A stretch of DNA of 64,000 bases from Camelus dromedarius (Eukaryota). The stretch is taken from contig NC_087436.1 of assembly GCF_036321535.1 (NCBI RefSeq), positions 119,910,001-119,974,000 on the forward strand. Reading direction: 5' to 3'. Under the pieces are notes generated by a model. That model was not told the DNA's origin and made no database searches. It saw only the letters and a program-made list of their open reading frames with translations. Positions 1 through 12,410 of this stretch are shown piece by piece; position 1 is the first letter of the stretch, and each line of letters opens with the position of its first letter. Position numbers and translations under genes: made by a program.

Positions 1-463
1 AATCTCATATGGTATTTTTCTTTCTCTTTCTGGCTTACTTCACTTAGAATGACATTCTCCAGGGACATCCATGTTGCTGCAAATGGCATTCTGTTGTCGG
101 TTTTTATGGCTGAATAGTATTCCATTGTATAAATATACCACATCTTCTTTAACCAGTCATTTGTTGATGGACATTTAGGCTGTTTCCATGTCTTGGCTAT
201 TGTAAATAGTGCCACTATGAACACTGGGGTGCAGGTGTCTTTTTGAAGTAGGGTTCCTTCTGGATATATGCCCAGGAGTGGGATTCCTGGGTCATATGGT
301 AAGTCTATTGCTAGTCTTTTGAGGAATCTCTATACTGTTTTCCACAGTGGCTGTACCAAACTGCATTCCCACCAGCAATGTTGCCTTTTCTCCACAGCCT
401 CTCCAGCATTTGTCATTTGTGGACTTTTGAATGATGGCCATTCTGACTGGTGTGAGGTGATAC
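1..463 (-). mobile_element. L1 LINE, 3' ORF2 region; non-inverted part of a 5'-inverted insertion that continues left of the window
   Basis: The minus strand translates to L1 ORF2 C-terminal motifs ([26 protein letters not shown]). The plus strand has typical L1 antisense text (tttttatggctgaatagtattccattgt). Confidence 0.93.
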
Positions 464-508
464 TGGTGATACCTCACACCAGTATGTAAATCAGTGAAGC
501 TAGAACAC

Positions 509-1039
509 ATGTAAAGCAATGAAGCTAGAACACTCCCTTACACCACACACAAAAATAAACTCAAAATGGATCAAAGTCTTAAACATAAGACAAGATACAA
601 TAAACCTCCTAGAAGGAAATACAGGCAAAACATTGTCTCACATACATCTCAGAAATGTTCTCCTAGGACAGTCTACCCAAGCAATAGAAATAAAAGCAAG
701 AATAAACAAATGGGATCTAATTAAACTTACAAGCTTCTGCACAGCAAAGGAAACCATAAGTAAAACAAAATGACAACTTATGGAATGGGAGAAAATTTTT
801 GCAAACAATGAAACTGACAAAGGCTTGATCTCCAGAATATATAAGCAGCTCATATGACATAATAAGAAAAAAAACAAACAACCCAATCCAAAAATGGTCA
901 GAAGACCTAAACAAGCAATTCTCCAAGGAAGACATAGAGATGATCAATAGGCACATGAAAAAATGTTCAATATCACTAATTATCAGAGAAATGCAAATCA
1001 AAACTATGATGAGGTATCACCTCACACCAGTCAGAATGG
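509..1039 (+). mobile_element. L1 ORF2 fragment; inverted part of the same insertion
   Basis: ORF 519-773 ([13 protein letters not shown]...[18 protein letters not shown]) is classic L1 ORF2. It ends at the sequence where the minus-strand part starts. Confidence 0.93.
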
Positions 1040-1639
1040 AAAAACATAAGTTGAAGACTATTTTTTAGAAACTTTGAATAATCTTTAGTGGAATCCGATC
1101 AGGAGGTTCATTGCCCACATCACTGGGGAAGATAAATGCAAGTAAAACAGCCACAGGGCCAAAGACAGGAGGGTAAGACACAGCAAGGACGCATGCAGAA
1201 CAAGGCTGCAAGTGCAAGACACACATCACTCGTGACCGTGAAGTAGACGTTGGCCCCTTGCCCTTGACCCCCTCTGGGCATCACTCAGCATCCTGGGAGG
1301 GATGGACCAGGGACACAGGTCCCCAAAGGGGGAACTGCACCTGCTTGAAGATACTCCTGGGGGCTCACCTGATAGGTTTCTGATGCTGGAGGACTGAAAG
1401 CCATGAACTTGAAAATGCTTTGCAAGCTGTAAAGTATGAAAGGTGTTTGTTACCATGGATCACGGTAGATCCCGTCAGTGAATATTAGGATATTGTTTCT
1501 GGGACTTTGAGAAGGACCCCCATCACATGCTCTCCACGCTGACCCGCCCGGCCCCAGCCCGCTTGCTGACAGCAGCTTTCCCGGCAGGTGACTGGCACTC
1601 GCTGTTCTGTCGTTAAGGGTTTAAGTCCCACAGTAAACT

Positions 1640-2450
1640 TGGCAAACACCTTTGAAGTCGTTACAAGTGGACGATTTAGAACATGTGGAAATAGGAAGAT
1701 GAAGTAGATGCCTCCCTTGTCCTCAGGACACGTTTCTCGTGGACAGTTATCGAACGTTATGGAAACATATTTAAGAAGATGCCAGTAAAGGAAGATCATA
1801 TTGTGTTCGTGGGTGGGGAGAACCAACATAACAAAGAAGTGAGTTTTTCTCAAATGTATCTGTGGACAATGCAGTTTGATAGGTCTGAACTTGATAAGCC
1901 GATTTGGAAACGTACATTGTAGAGCCAAGGGCCAAGATCAGGGCCAAAGACACCCCCACCCGCGACGAGCAGCCAGCTGTCTTGCTTTCCCGGAAACACC
2001 CAGGACGGTCACGACAATCAGCTTGCTTTGGAAAGACGAATTGACCAGCAGGCCCAGATCAAGTGCCTGGAGACAGACCAGCTGCGTGCAGACGCCGCGG
2101 GCTCTGCTGGCTGGCGGGGAAGGGGCGGGCTGTTTTCACCGGCGGCCCGGCAGCTGGTGATTCACTTGAAAATAAGCGAGACCGAACCCCCATCCTCACT
2201 ACGTCACGTCCATTCCCAGTAGATGAGACGTCTGCACAGGAAAGGCAGGTGCGTAAGACTCTTAGAAGATGAAGCAGGAGAGTATTTTTCTGACCTTGCT
2301 GTAAGGAGGGGTTTCTCCAACAGACAAAGGTCAGGTCTGGATGAGAAGACGGAACACGTGAACGTCTCCATGCTGCCTGTGGACAGCGGGGGCATTTGGG
2401 TACTTGCAGAGCCACAGAGAGCTAAGTGACAATGTCAAGATTTGCAGAGC
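1640..2450 (+). mobile_element. Ancient, highly diverged L1M/L1ME ORF2 remnant
   Basis: Degenerate L1 phrases, e.g. ttagaagatgaagcaggagagtatttttctgaccttgctgtaagg (~2262-2306). Ends are approximate. Confidence 0.55.
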
Positions 2451-3249
2451 GTGGGAGCCCCGAGGAAGGACATCTCCCTGAGAGAAATACTGTGCAGACT
2501 GAGCTGGCCACACGAGGGGAAAACAAGGAGGGCAGGCTGAGGGCAGGGGTGCTCTTGAAAGGCGTGGTCACTTAAACGTCCTGGTGTGAGGGACAGGTGT
2601 GCAGAGACAGGTGTGAGGGACGGGTGTGCAGGGCTGGATGTGTTGGGACTGGTGTGAGCGATGCAAGCTAAGTGCTTGGGAGGTGGAGATGCTGAGATTC
2701 AGTGAAAACACAGAGAGGTCACCACAGCCACTGACTCTGCCTGGAATCTGCCACTCAGCCTGGCCGGTCACTGGGCTGAGCACGAGGGCACCGGGGAAGC
2801 ATCATCAAGGGGGGCGTCCCTGTTTGAGCCTCTCCTGGAAGCCCGAGTTCAGATCCAAAACACGCAGACGATCTTCCAGGATAAACACACCCTGTGCCTG
2901 AAAGTGATGGTAATTGCATAGGATGGATCATTCCAGAACCTCTGGCTGGGGAAGTGGGTTGCTATTAAACTGTCTCGTTTTAATGGCCACTTTCCCAAGG
3001 AGCCGTTAGGTGCAATCCCCTTCGAAATTGCCTGGGAATGACTGACAGCGGGCAGTGTTCTGATGGTGCTTTCTAGTGGGGGCCGTTTCCAAAGACACCC
3101 ACGGCCCCCCGCCCAGCGGCGTGGCCGCACAGCCTGCGCAGGCAGGTGGGTGGGAGGATGTCAAGTGGGGTCCAGTCAGTGGTGCCGTGGGAATCTCTCC
3201 ACCCAAGGCCAGCATTTGGAAAAACCACGCAGTTATCACCATCCATCAA

Positions 3250-4240
3250 TTATTTAGTCTTGGAGATTAGAAAGGGAACAAAACACACAGCATCTGTGCT
3301 CTCCTTCCCCTGCGGAGAAGTGGCGTTGACTCAGACAGGTGGGCAGAGAAATGCCCACGTGTCAGGAGAACACATCACTTTAAAAGTTGCTCTGGTAAAG
3401 GGTCGTGGGGGGGTTTTCCCTATGAAAGTGGCACTTGAGCCAAAATCTGAAGACAGGAGTTTCGTAGGTGAAATGTGGGGAGGAAACAGCAGGTGCAAAG
3501 GTCCTGAGGCTGAGAGAGCTGGAGAAAGGCCAGCAGAGGGGCAGGCAGCCAAGGCAGAGCCATCTGGGGAAACTGTTCAAAAGGAATAGACAAGAAGCTT
3601 TGTAATTGGCATAGCGATTCCCCCCATACAGGGTGCATCTAAAGTGGAAACAGTCTGTTTATCACACACTCCACTAGCATCTTCACAGTCATTGCCTCCC
3701 AAGAGAGCTGGGGAACTAGTAAAGGGTTTTAAACAGAGGATGACAACACTGGGGTTGTATTTGAAAAAGCCTGCTATGGTGGGGTAGGAGGGACCAGGCT
3801 GGAGGCCACTGCCATAGTCCATGTGAAGGGTGATGGAGGTCTGGACTGTGGCGGTCAGGCTTCAGTGATGGGGATGACAAAGGGGGAGATGCTGGGGGAG
3901 AAGTGGGTTCGTGAGTGCGAATAATGAATTGCATCTGGAGCAGACTGATTTTAGAGGACCTGAGACATCCAAGCGGGAAGCAGGACTCTGGATGTGTGAG
4001 TGAGGAGTGGAGAGGACGGGCTAGGCTGGAGCCTGTGCAGCACTGGCCACTTAGAGCTGGGCACAGGGAATCCTCCCAGAGGGGATGTGGAGAGAGAGGC
4101 CTTGTCCCACAGCTTCAGAGGCTGAGAGACACTGTGCAAAGACAGAGGAGACCAAGACCCAGTCCTAGGCTGGTGGGAAGTCTACACAAGGCCAGTTTTC
4201 ATTAGAAGAAGAGTTCAAGAACATGCAGTCACATGACTCC
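3250..4240 (-). mobile_element. L2 LINE remnant
   Basis: L2-like phrases (aggaaacagcaggtgcaaaggtcctgagg; ggttttaaacagaggatgaca; tgagacatccaagcgg). Confidence 0.6.
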
Positions 4241-4254
4241 AGAATTTGCTGTTC

Positions 4255-4460
4255 GTCCCTCCATTCATCTACCCATCCACCCACCCACTGACCTTTCCAT
4301 CCATACACCACCCCGCTACCCATCCATCTATCCATCCATTCACCCATCCCCCATCCGTCTATCCATCTAGCCTTCCATCCATCCATCCACTCGCCTGTCT
4401 TTCTCCTGCCTTCCTTCCCTTCCTTCTCTGTTTCCATCCATCCATCCCACCCATCCGCTC
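4255..4460. repeat. (CCAT)n-like simple repeat
   Basis: Degenerate ccatccat tract read directly. Confidence 0.9.
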
Positions 4461-5916
4461 CTTCTCCCACTCCACCTGTGCCAGGTACACCACTGAGGCA
4501 CCCTCTGCTCAGTGGAGAGACAAGTGTGCAAACATCACATACAAAGAGCGCAGTTGTCACAAAGCAATTCTGTGGGGACACCAAGGAGGGGCAGTTTAAT
4601 CAGCCTTGTCTGTAGGGGTAAGGGATTGGGTGAGAGGCTTCCCAGAGAAGGGACAGCTCATCAGGCTTGTGAAGGGTCAGTCAGAGACTGGAAAGGAGAA
4701 ACGGTACTCAGTGTCCTGTGGATGGAACTACTTGTGTGAAGGCTCAGAGGGGTGGGTGCTCAGCCTGGGTCTGGCTCGCTGTGGGGGTGGGGGTTGACAA
4801 GGAGTAGCTAGGAACAGTCTGTCCTTAGCTTATCAATTATTCATGAACAAACTGGTGCTTCTGAAGTGTTTGCAAGGATCTGAAACTGCCTGTGTATTAA
4901 ACTTACCATTTACATCCTGACAGTCGCAGAATTCATTCATTTAGCTCAGTCATCCAATCAATCAGTCGCTCAGTCTATCAGTCATTCTTCCTAGAAAGTG
5001 CGAGGTCTTTCCATCTTCCTTCCTCTTACACTGATCTTAGATTCACCACCCAAGTGGGTGGAGAATGGAGGTGGGGAGAGGGGTACAAACCTCTTCTCGT
5101 CTCTGAGCCTCTGTTCCTTCCTCTGTAAGTTGGGGTTGGTGACACTGCTCTGGCTTCTGGCTGTTGTGAGATACAGATGACACAAAGACAAGACGAGGCG
5201 TTGCAGACGCGCTTTACAGACTACAGCGTGCTGGCCCCCCCTCCTCCCCGTGGGGGTGCCGCCTCCTAGGCTCACCTCCCTGCTCACACCGATCCGGTCC
5301 TGAGAGACTAACAGCCGAGCACGGAGACTGAGAGCTGGATTAGCTGCTCTGGGCTGGATTCTGTGACTATAACGACACCCATTCGTTCATCCAGTGAGTA
5401 TTTACTGAGTGCCTTCCCCGTGTCCAGCACCTTTAAAAAGGGACCGTCCTTCTACATACGAGCCATCTGAGGCACGTTGCTCTGCAAACGCCTCCCCCCA
5501 CCCCCGCCCCCGCAGGTGCGTCGTCGTCTCGCCTCCGCTGGGGCAGGAGTGGAGCTGGGAGCGCGGCACTGGGTGCGAAGGGAGAGCGGCTCCCGCAGGC
5601 CACGTTCTAAGCGCTGTGTACCCGTTGGCGCGTTTCATGGTGCAGCAAGATGGGGAAAGTGGGGCTTAAGGAGGTGGGGCGGCCTGCCCGAGACACGGAG
5701 ATCAGCCCCGGAGCCGGGGTCCAGCCAGGCGGGCTCCTTCAGCCCAGAGCTGGCGGGGCGGGTGTGCGGGGGGGAGGGGCCCCAGCACTTGGCTGCAGCC
5801 CCGCCCCCAGGGCTGCCTTGGGGCGCTGTAACATTACCGTGGCAGCCACCAAGGTGACCAGAGACGCTAAAGGGGAGAGGATGGGTAACAGCTCCATCCG
5901 GAGGCACTTCCTTTGG

Positions 5917-6145
5917 ACTGGCTTTCTCTCGGCACTGCTGCCATCGGGGCTGGGTAGTTCTGTGCTGTGGGCGGGGGGGCTGTCCCGTGCTTTGCGGGGT
6001 GTTTAGCGACATCCCTGGCCTCTACCCGCGAGATGCCGGCAGTGGGTCCCCCACCCCCCAGCTCCCCAACCAAGGTAGCAACCAAAAACGTCTCCAAATA
6101 TTTCCAAGTGCCCCCGGGGCAAATCCCTGGCAGTTAGAACCACTG
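5917..6145. mobile_element. MER20-like hAT DNA transposon
   Basis: catccctggcctctacccgcgagatgcc...caaccaaaaacgtctcca...agaaccactg matches the recalled MER20 consensus. Confidence 0.75.
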
Positions 6146-6389
6146 CTTTAGACTAAGGGAGACCCAGGTGATCTGTCCCCCTCCCAGTCAATGGGGACCC
6201 CTCTCCCAGTGACAGGGGAAGAACCCAGCTCTTGGAGAAGAGACATGGGGGGATCCCAGCTCCCTGTGCTGGGCGGTGACCTTGGACATTTGACAGCGTG
6301 ACATTGGTGACCCACCTGCACTGGGGGCTCCAGCTGCCTGAGCCCCCCGGGGGCAGAGGGGCCGCTGTGGGTGGGGGTACAGTACGAAG

Positions 6390-6580
6390 GGCCTGGGTTG
6401 GAACCCACTGTGCAGTCTTGGACAAGTTCCCATCCTCTCTGTGCCTCCTCGTCTGTAAAACGGGGATAATGGTGGTGCCCTCCCCGGGGTGTTGTACAGA
6501 GGAATGAGATGCCCCTGTAGGGCTTAGCCCAGAGGCGGGTACCCAGTGGCCACTCACAAGGTCCCTGCTGTCATCCTCAG
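6390..6580 (+). mobile_element. MIR SINE
   Basis: MIR core cttggacaagtt...ctctctgtgcctcctcgtctgtaaaacggggataat. Confidence 0.75.
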
Positions 6581-8572
6581 TGTGGTCGGGGGGTGCCACC
6601 CTCGGCCATACCGCAGACGCTGCAGAGCCTGGACTTCATTCCCCGGGTTAGCAGGCACGGGACCAGTGGGAACTGCCTCTCCTTTATGCTGGCAACGGGC
6701 TGTCTGAGCCCAAGACCTCTGCGGAAACCTGTCTGGGATTCTGGGACACGTAATGGTCTGATGGATGCTCCCAACCTAGCAGCTTCGAAGTGCAGGAAAA
6801 ACGTCGTCCGTGAGCCCCCTGAAGCGGCTTGTGATTACCTTCATTGATCTGTTTGTTCTGCTTCACTCATCCCCACCCGGGCAGCCGGGGCTGGGGGGCG
6901 TCGGGCAGGCTGTGCAGGTTGGGCTGTCTTTATTTACTCAACTGTCTAAGGAGCCGCGGACAACACACCATCTTGGGGTGGGGGGAGGATGGAAGGGGGA
7001 GTGAGGAATTGGTCTTCACCTGAAAGGCAATTTCTGAGGAATTCTTTGGCTGGAGGCAGGTGGTCGTGGGCAGAGAGGAGGCAGACCCTGCTGTTGGGCA
7101 GATGGGGAGCTGTGCGTCTTTTCCCCGACAGCCCCGGGCAGGTGACTCGGTCCATCCCCACCTTTAAAGAGGTGGTTTCAGTGCTTATTCTGTGAGTCCC
7201 TGGGATGGAACATGTGAAGGAGAGAATTCACATCCAGTGTCTGAGGCGGTGCCGGGCACACAGCGGGCACCGAGAAAACCCCAGGGCTCTCCCTGCCCCC
7301 CGCCCTGGCATAGCTAGGTTCAGAGGTAGAAGAGGATGCAGTGAGGGTGCTGGGCATGCACAGCCTGGCTGCCAAGGTCACTCTGCTGCTGAACCCCTCA
7401 CACTGTTCCATGCTCTTCCACAGGCCTGCTGCAGATGGGAGAAATACTGGTGTGGCATTTCATTCTTTGGATATTGGTCCTTTTAGGACCAGTACTAAGT
7501 CCTCATTAGCGTGTTGATAGTCTCTGGGAGTTAGACACTTGTTACCCTATTGACAGAGGCTGGGATGGTGTAAAATGCGGCCTTGGGAGTTACAGAAATT
7601 GAGGTTTGCCAAGCGAGATGGAGGTGGAGATGTCTGGTAAATGGCTGCCTTTTGGGGCACAGCAATTAATGTGTGGCAGGACAGGTACCTAGACTGAACC
7701 CAGACCTTGATTCTGTGTCTATTTCTAGCCTTCTCCCCAGCCTACCTGGTGAACAACCTGAATGTCACTTCCTCCCCAGAGCCTTCCTGGATTGCCTCGG
7801 GCAGGTTTAGCGACATCCCGCCAAAACCCCCATCCTTGCCCAGGCCAGGGGGATTCAAGACGCGTCTCCCAGAACGACAGCTGGTGTCCAGGAGACGTTT
7901 CCTCCTGGGCCCCCACAGCAGTTCCTCTTTGGTGACGGGGGCCCAGTGGAACCTGGACCAGAGTGGGGGTCTCTGTCACTTTGTTCCAACCCATGCTGTA
8001 CTGTACAGTCACACAGAGCCACTGGGGCCTGGGAGCTCCTGAATCTGAGGCCTGGGTGGGTCTCCAGCCAGGTAGACGAGAGTTCTGCAGACACAGAGCC
8101 CCCTGGCTCCCTCCCTTCCTTCCACAACTATTTCTAGAGGACTTACTTGATCTACACAGGGCACTGTGGAGAGCACTGGTGATTTAGCTCCTTCCCCGTG
8201 GAGCTGACAGCCTAGCACGGGAGCAGGCCTTGACTGAATAATTGCCTGATCCGTTGCAATTAACTATAAATATTAACTAATCATCACTCACTGTTAATTG
8301 TACTTAATTACCTCATGATCACGTTAGAAGAAGAGGTCACAGTCCTCCGAAAGTGCAGAGCAAAGCACTTGACCCAGTTTGGGAGCTGCCGGGGAGAGAG
8401 GGCTGCTCTGAGAAAGTGGTGTATGAAAACTGTTATCAATAATAGCATGTGCAAAGGCCCTGGGGCCAGAGAGATGGGTGCAGAGAGGAGGAGATGGCCT
8501 GGGATGGCGCTGGGAGGACAGGGAGCTCTGAGGCTGTGGTGGTGACAGCGAGTTTGGTTTTACTCAAAAACG

Positions 8573-9229
8573 GGGGTGGGCAAACTTCTTCTGTGAAGGA
8601 CCAGACAGGAATGACTTTGTGGGCCACCTACTGTTTCTGTTGCATATTTTCTTTGTTTTTGTTTTGATTTATATTGTTTTAATACGTAACCTGTATTTTT
8701 TGTGTGGCTGCCGTGACAAAAGACCACGTAACTAAATACCACAAACCAGGTGCCATAAAACAAAGGAAATTAATTCTTGCGCTGTTCCAGAGGCCTGGAG
8801 TCTGGAATCAAGGCATTGCCAGGGCTGGGCTCCCTCCAGACACTGTAGGGAAGGACCCTTCTCCGCCTCTTCCAGCTGCTGGTGGTGTCAGCAGACCTTG
8901 GCTCGTGGCCACGTCCCTCCAGTCTCTGCTCTGTCACCACACGGCCTTCTCCTCTGTTTCCCAGTCTGCCTCTTCTTAGAAGGTCGCGGTCACTGGTTTT
9001 AGGGCTCAGCCTATTGGAGCACGACCACATCTTAGCTCACCACGTCTGCAAAGACCTTGATTTCAAATAGGGTCCCATTTGAGGTTACGGAAAGAATGTG
9101 AATTGCGGGAACACTAGTCAACCCAACACACAAACCTTTAAAAATGTGAAAAGAATTCTTAGTTCCCCAGCTGTACAGAAACTGGCCGCGGGCAAGATTC
9201 ATCCAGCAGATGGTGATGTGCCAACCTCT
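8573..9229. mobile_element. MER58-like DNA transposon split by an MLT1 LTR
   Basis: Start ggggtgggcaaacttcttctgtgaagg at 8573; end aaaaatgtgaaaagaattcttag...gtgccaacctctg at 9140-9230. Confidence 0.55.
8692..9130 (-). mobile_element. MLT1 (ERVL-MaLR) solo LTR
   Basis: ggctgccgtgac...aaataccacaaac...gaggcctggagtctggaatcaagg...tcaacccaacaca. Confidence 0.75.
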
Positions 9230-10839
9230 GCTGGAGTCCCAGGAGCCATGGATGCTGTCCTCCCTTCTGCATGACAGAGGGGGTGAGGGAGGGGATGGCA
9301 GGGTGGGGTCCCATGAGGCCAGGCTCCACGTGCACGGCTCCTTCTCATTTCCACTACTCGGGATTGGGCAAACAGTGACGTGTGCCGCCACAGGCCAGGC
9401 CTGCCCTTAGGACTGGGAGCACAGCAGTCAGCATCATGGACAGCTGTCCCTCGAGGAATCTTCGTCCTTTACTTCCACTTTACTAACAAGAAAACCGAGC
9501 CTCAGGGGCGTAAGCGACCTGTCCAGGGCAAGCATGGTGCAATGGCTGGTACAACAGGGGGGTCTGGGAGGTGGGAGGTGGCTGGGCTGGCCCAGTTCCG
9601 TCTGCAAAGTCTTTGGGGGGACTGTTACCCCAACCAGCCCCCTCCTTGATGCCACCCGCCTCTGCTTACATACTCCCACTGACGGGGGACTCTCTACCTC
9701 TAACGCACGGCTGGCTGGGAAGCTCAGTGCTGCAGGTCCAGGTTAACACAGCGAGTTTGCTCCCTCCCCCCGTGAGCACACATTGTTTACCTGGTGTGCG
9801 CTTACGTGTCCTAGGATCCAGAACGCTCTAGTCATTTTTTTTAAACCGTTGTCAATGCAGAGGGCTTTGTTGCTTTCGACAAACAATTTGGCTAAAATGT
9901 AAACAACCTAATTCCAGTGAAATGGTACTTGTTAGAAATGACTTTATGCAGCATAGGACGTCAGCTTAATTTATTTGATAACATGCTTCACCTTTGCGTT
10001 TTTCCCTCCAAGCCAGGCGTTTTCGCGTTCGCACAAGCCCGCCAAGGAGACCGTGCCAGGCAGCGGCTTAAGCGCGAAGGCCGCGTCTCGGCGAGGACGG
10101 CGAGGACCAGGTCCCTCTGCTTCCCTGAGGGCCTGCTGGCCAGGCCGCATCCTGGCACGGGGCGGGGGGGCTGTGGGGCCGGGGAGTCTGGGCAAGTCTC
10201 GCAACCGTTTGCCCATCAGTGAAATGGAGACTTGTCTTCCCCTTTTGGGGGCGGTCCGAGGATGAATAGAGATGATTAAACGTGACACTGCCCGGCGTGC
10301 GTCCTTAAGCAGAGTTGGCGCTCAGCAAATGCCTTCCCTCAAAACATTCCTTCTGCTCTGGTGGCTGTGTTACCTTTGAATGGTAACGACAATGATTTTT
10401 TTCATTCCTTTGTCTCTGGAGCGGGGAGCCGTCTTTAGCGGGAAGGAGGCACTGCACAGTTGCCTGGTGAGTGAGGACCCAGCCCCATCACCGGAGTCCC
10501 CTGCAAAAGTGCCGGCCTGTCAGAAACCAGGGGACTGTTGGCAGAGCCCTCACTTGGTCTCGCCAAGCATCCTCTGAGTGATTAGACTGAATTAGACCCT
10601 GTCATGGGCAGCGGCCCGAGAAGGGAGACTCTGCCACGCTGGGGAGACCACGGATGGCGGTTCCCCCCCGGGAAGCCCCAGCGCCCATTACCTCCCTGCC
10701 TCTGAGCTGTCAGCCCCGTGGCAACAAGCCAGGTGCCACGTGCCACGTGCAGGGCCCTCCCTGGGGTCCTCCTGAGGATGGGTGCCCAGGCGTATGCGGC
10801 CTCATGCTGTTGGTGGTGCTTCCCTCGTCCCCTCCCCTC

Positions 10840-10960
10840 CTCACTGTTCAGATGAGGCAGCCAGGGCTCAGAGAGGTGAAGTGACCGGCCCAAAGCCACA
10901 CAGCTAGAAAGTGACAGGGCTGCGACTCACGCCCCTGCCCAAGCCCGCGGCCTCTGAGGC
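10840..10960 (-). mobile_element. MIR SINE
   Basis: cagatgaggcagccagggctcagagaggtgaagtgaccggcccaaagccacacagcta. Confidence 0.75.
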
Positions 10961-11984
10961 AGCTTCCGCCAATGGGTGCCTAGAACCTGGGGTGGGGGTC
11001 CCTGAGAGAGACACTCATAGAAGGTTGGCATCTGTGGAAGCCCCCATCCAGGGACAGGTCGACCCCTCCCCTGCCCCTACCCCCAGCTAGAACAGATTCT
11101 CCCCCAATCAGTGTTGCCCCACCCTGTCCACTCAAGGGGACTGAGTGGGTCCCTGGCAGTCAGAGTTGAAAAGGGCTTGTGTGTCACCAAGAGAAACAGG
11201 GGCCTCCTGGAATGGTAGCTCTGTGAGGGCGCTGGTTGGTAACAACGTGGGGACCGGGAGTGGTGATATGGCCACCTAAAGGTCAGAGAAGGAAAGCCCA
11301 GACAGACGCAGAGGAGCATCCTCACACAGAGCCACTTAGGGGAGCGTGAAAGCAAAGAAGGCAGGTGCTGGACCAGCCAGGGAGGCCGGGAGCAGCCCGG
11401 GCAAAGGCTAGGGGGTCACGAATCCCAAGTGTGGGTGGGGTTCGGGGCATGAACCGGGAGGAGCTCTCCATGTCCCGTTGCCCATGGAGACCGCCGGCTC
11501 CTGTCCCACGCAGGGGTCCATGCTGAGCCGGGCCCCTGGGCTTCCAGCCCCAGACCTCAGCCCTCTCCCTCCGCCTGGCCCAGGCTGCAGGGCAAGGTCT
11601 CAGGGACCTGGGCCTGGACTCCTGGACCCCGTCACCATCAGCTCCATTCCGAGGTGGAATCTCCCTTTTCTGTCTCTTTCTCGAGGCGAGGACGGCCACT
11701 CTTTCAGTGAAGTCTTTTTCCTGGCTACCGGGTCCCACCGTGTCTCTCTCATCTTCCACCTCAAACCCGGAGCTCCCCGGACTGTAGTTCCCAAGGAGGG
11801 TGACCACACAGCCAGCCAGTGACTGGAGCGTTTATCACGTCCCTGTGTCGGTCGTGTTGGCCGAGGTCCCCCGCCCCTGCAGTGCTGCCGGGCACACAGG
11901 CACATCAGGGCAGGGAGGGAAAAGGACGGCAGGAGAGAGTGCGGGAGGAGAGGGGAGGAGGGGGGCGGCCGCCCACAGGCCTGC

Positions 11985-12410
11985 CGGTGTTCGCTGTGAC
12001 AGACCACCAGACTGGGAGCTCAAGCTGCAGAGACGTCTTCTCTCGGTCCTGAGGCTGGAAATCCAAAACCAAGGTGTGGGCAGGGCCACGCTGCCCCTGG
12101 GGCTCCAGGGGACGGTCCTTCCTGCCTCTCCCAGCTCCCGGGGGTGGCTGGCAACCTTCACTGTTCCTCGGCTTCTAGAAGAACCACCCCAATCTCTGCC
12201 TCCATTGTCACGTGGCCTTCCCCCCGTGTGCCTGTCTGTGTCCGAATTGCCTCTTTTTATAAGGACACCAGTCGTATTGGGTCAGGGTCCGCCTGAATTA
12301 CTTCACTTGGACTTGGTTCCCCCCGTGAAGACCCTGTCTCCACACGGGGTTCTGTTCCGTGATGCTGCGCATCAGGACTCCGACGTAGGAATCTGGGCAC
12401 ATCTCGCACA
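11985..12410 (-). mobile_element. MLT1 (MaLR) solo LTR
   Basis: gaggctggaaatccaaaaccaaggtgtgggcagggccacgct...ttataaggacaccagtcgtattgg. ORF 11800-12477 overlaps it and is incidental. Confidence 0.75.

Noticed and set aside
1987..1995. GAS motif TTCCCGGAA (also TTCCTAGAA at 4988-4996)
   Set aside because: Isolated 9-mers are expected by chance, and the first lies in an old L1 remnant.
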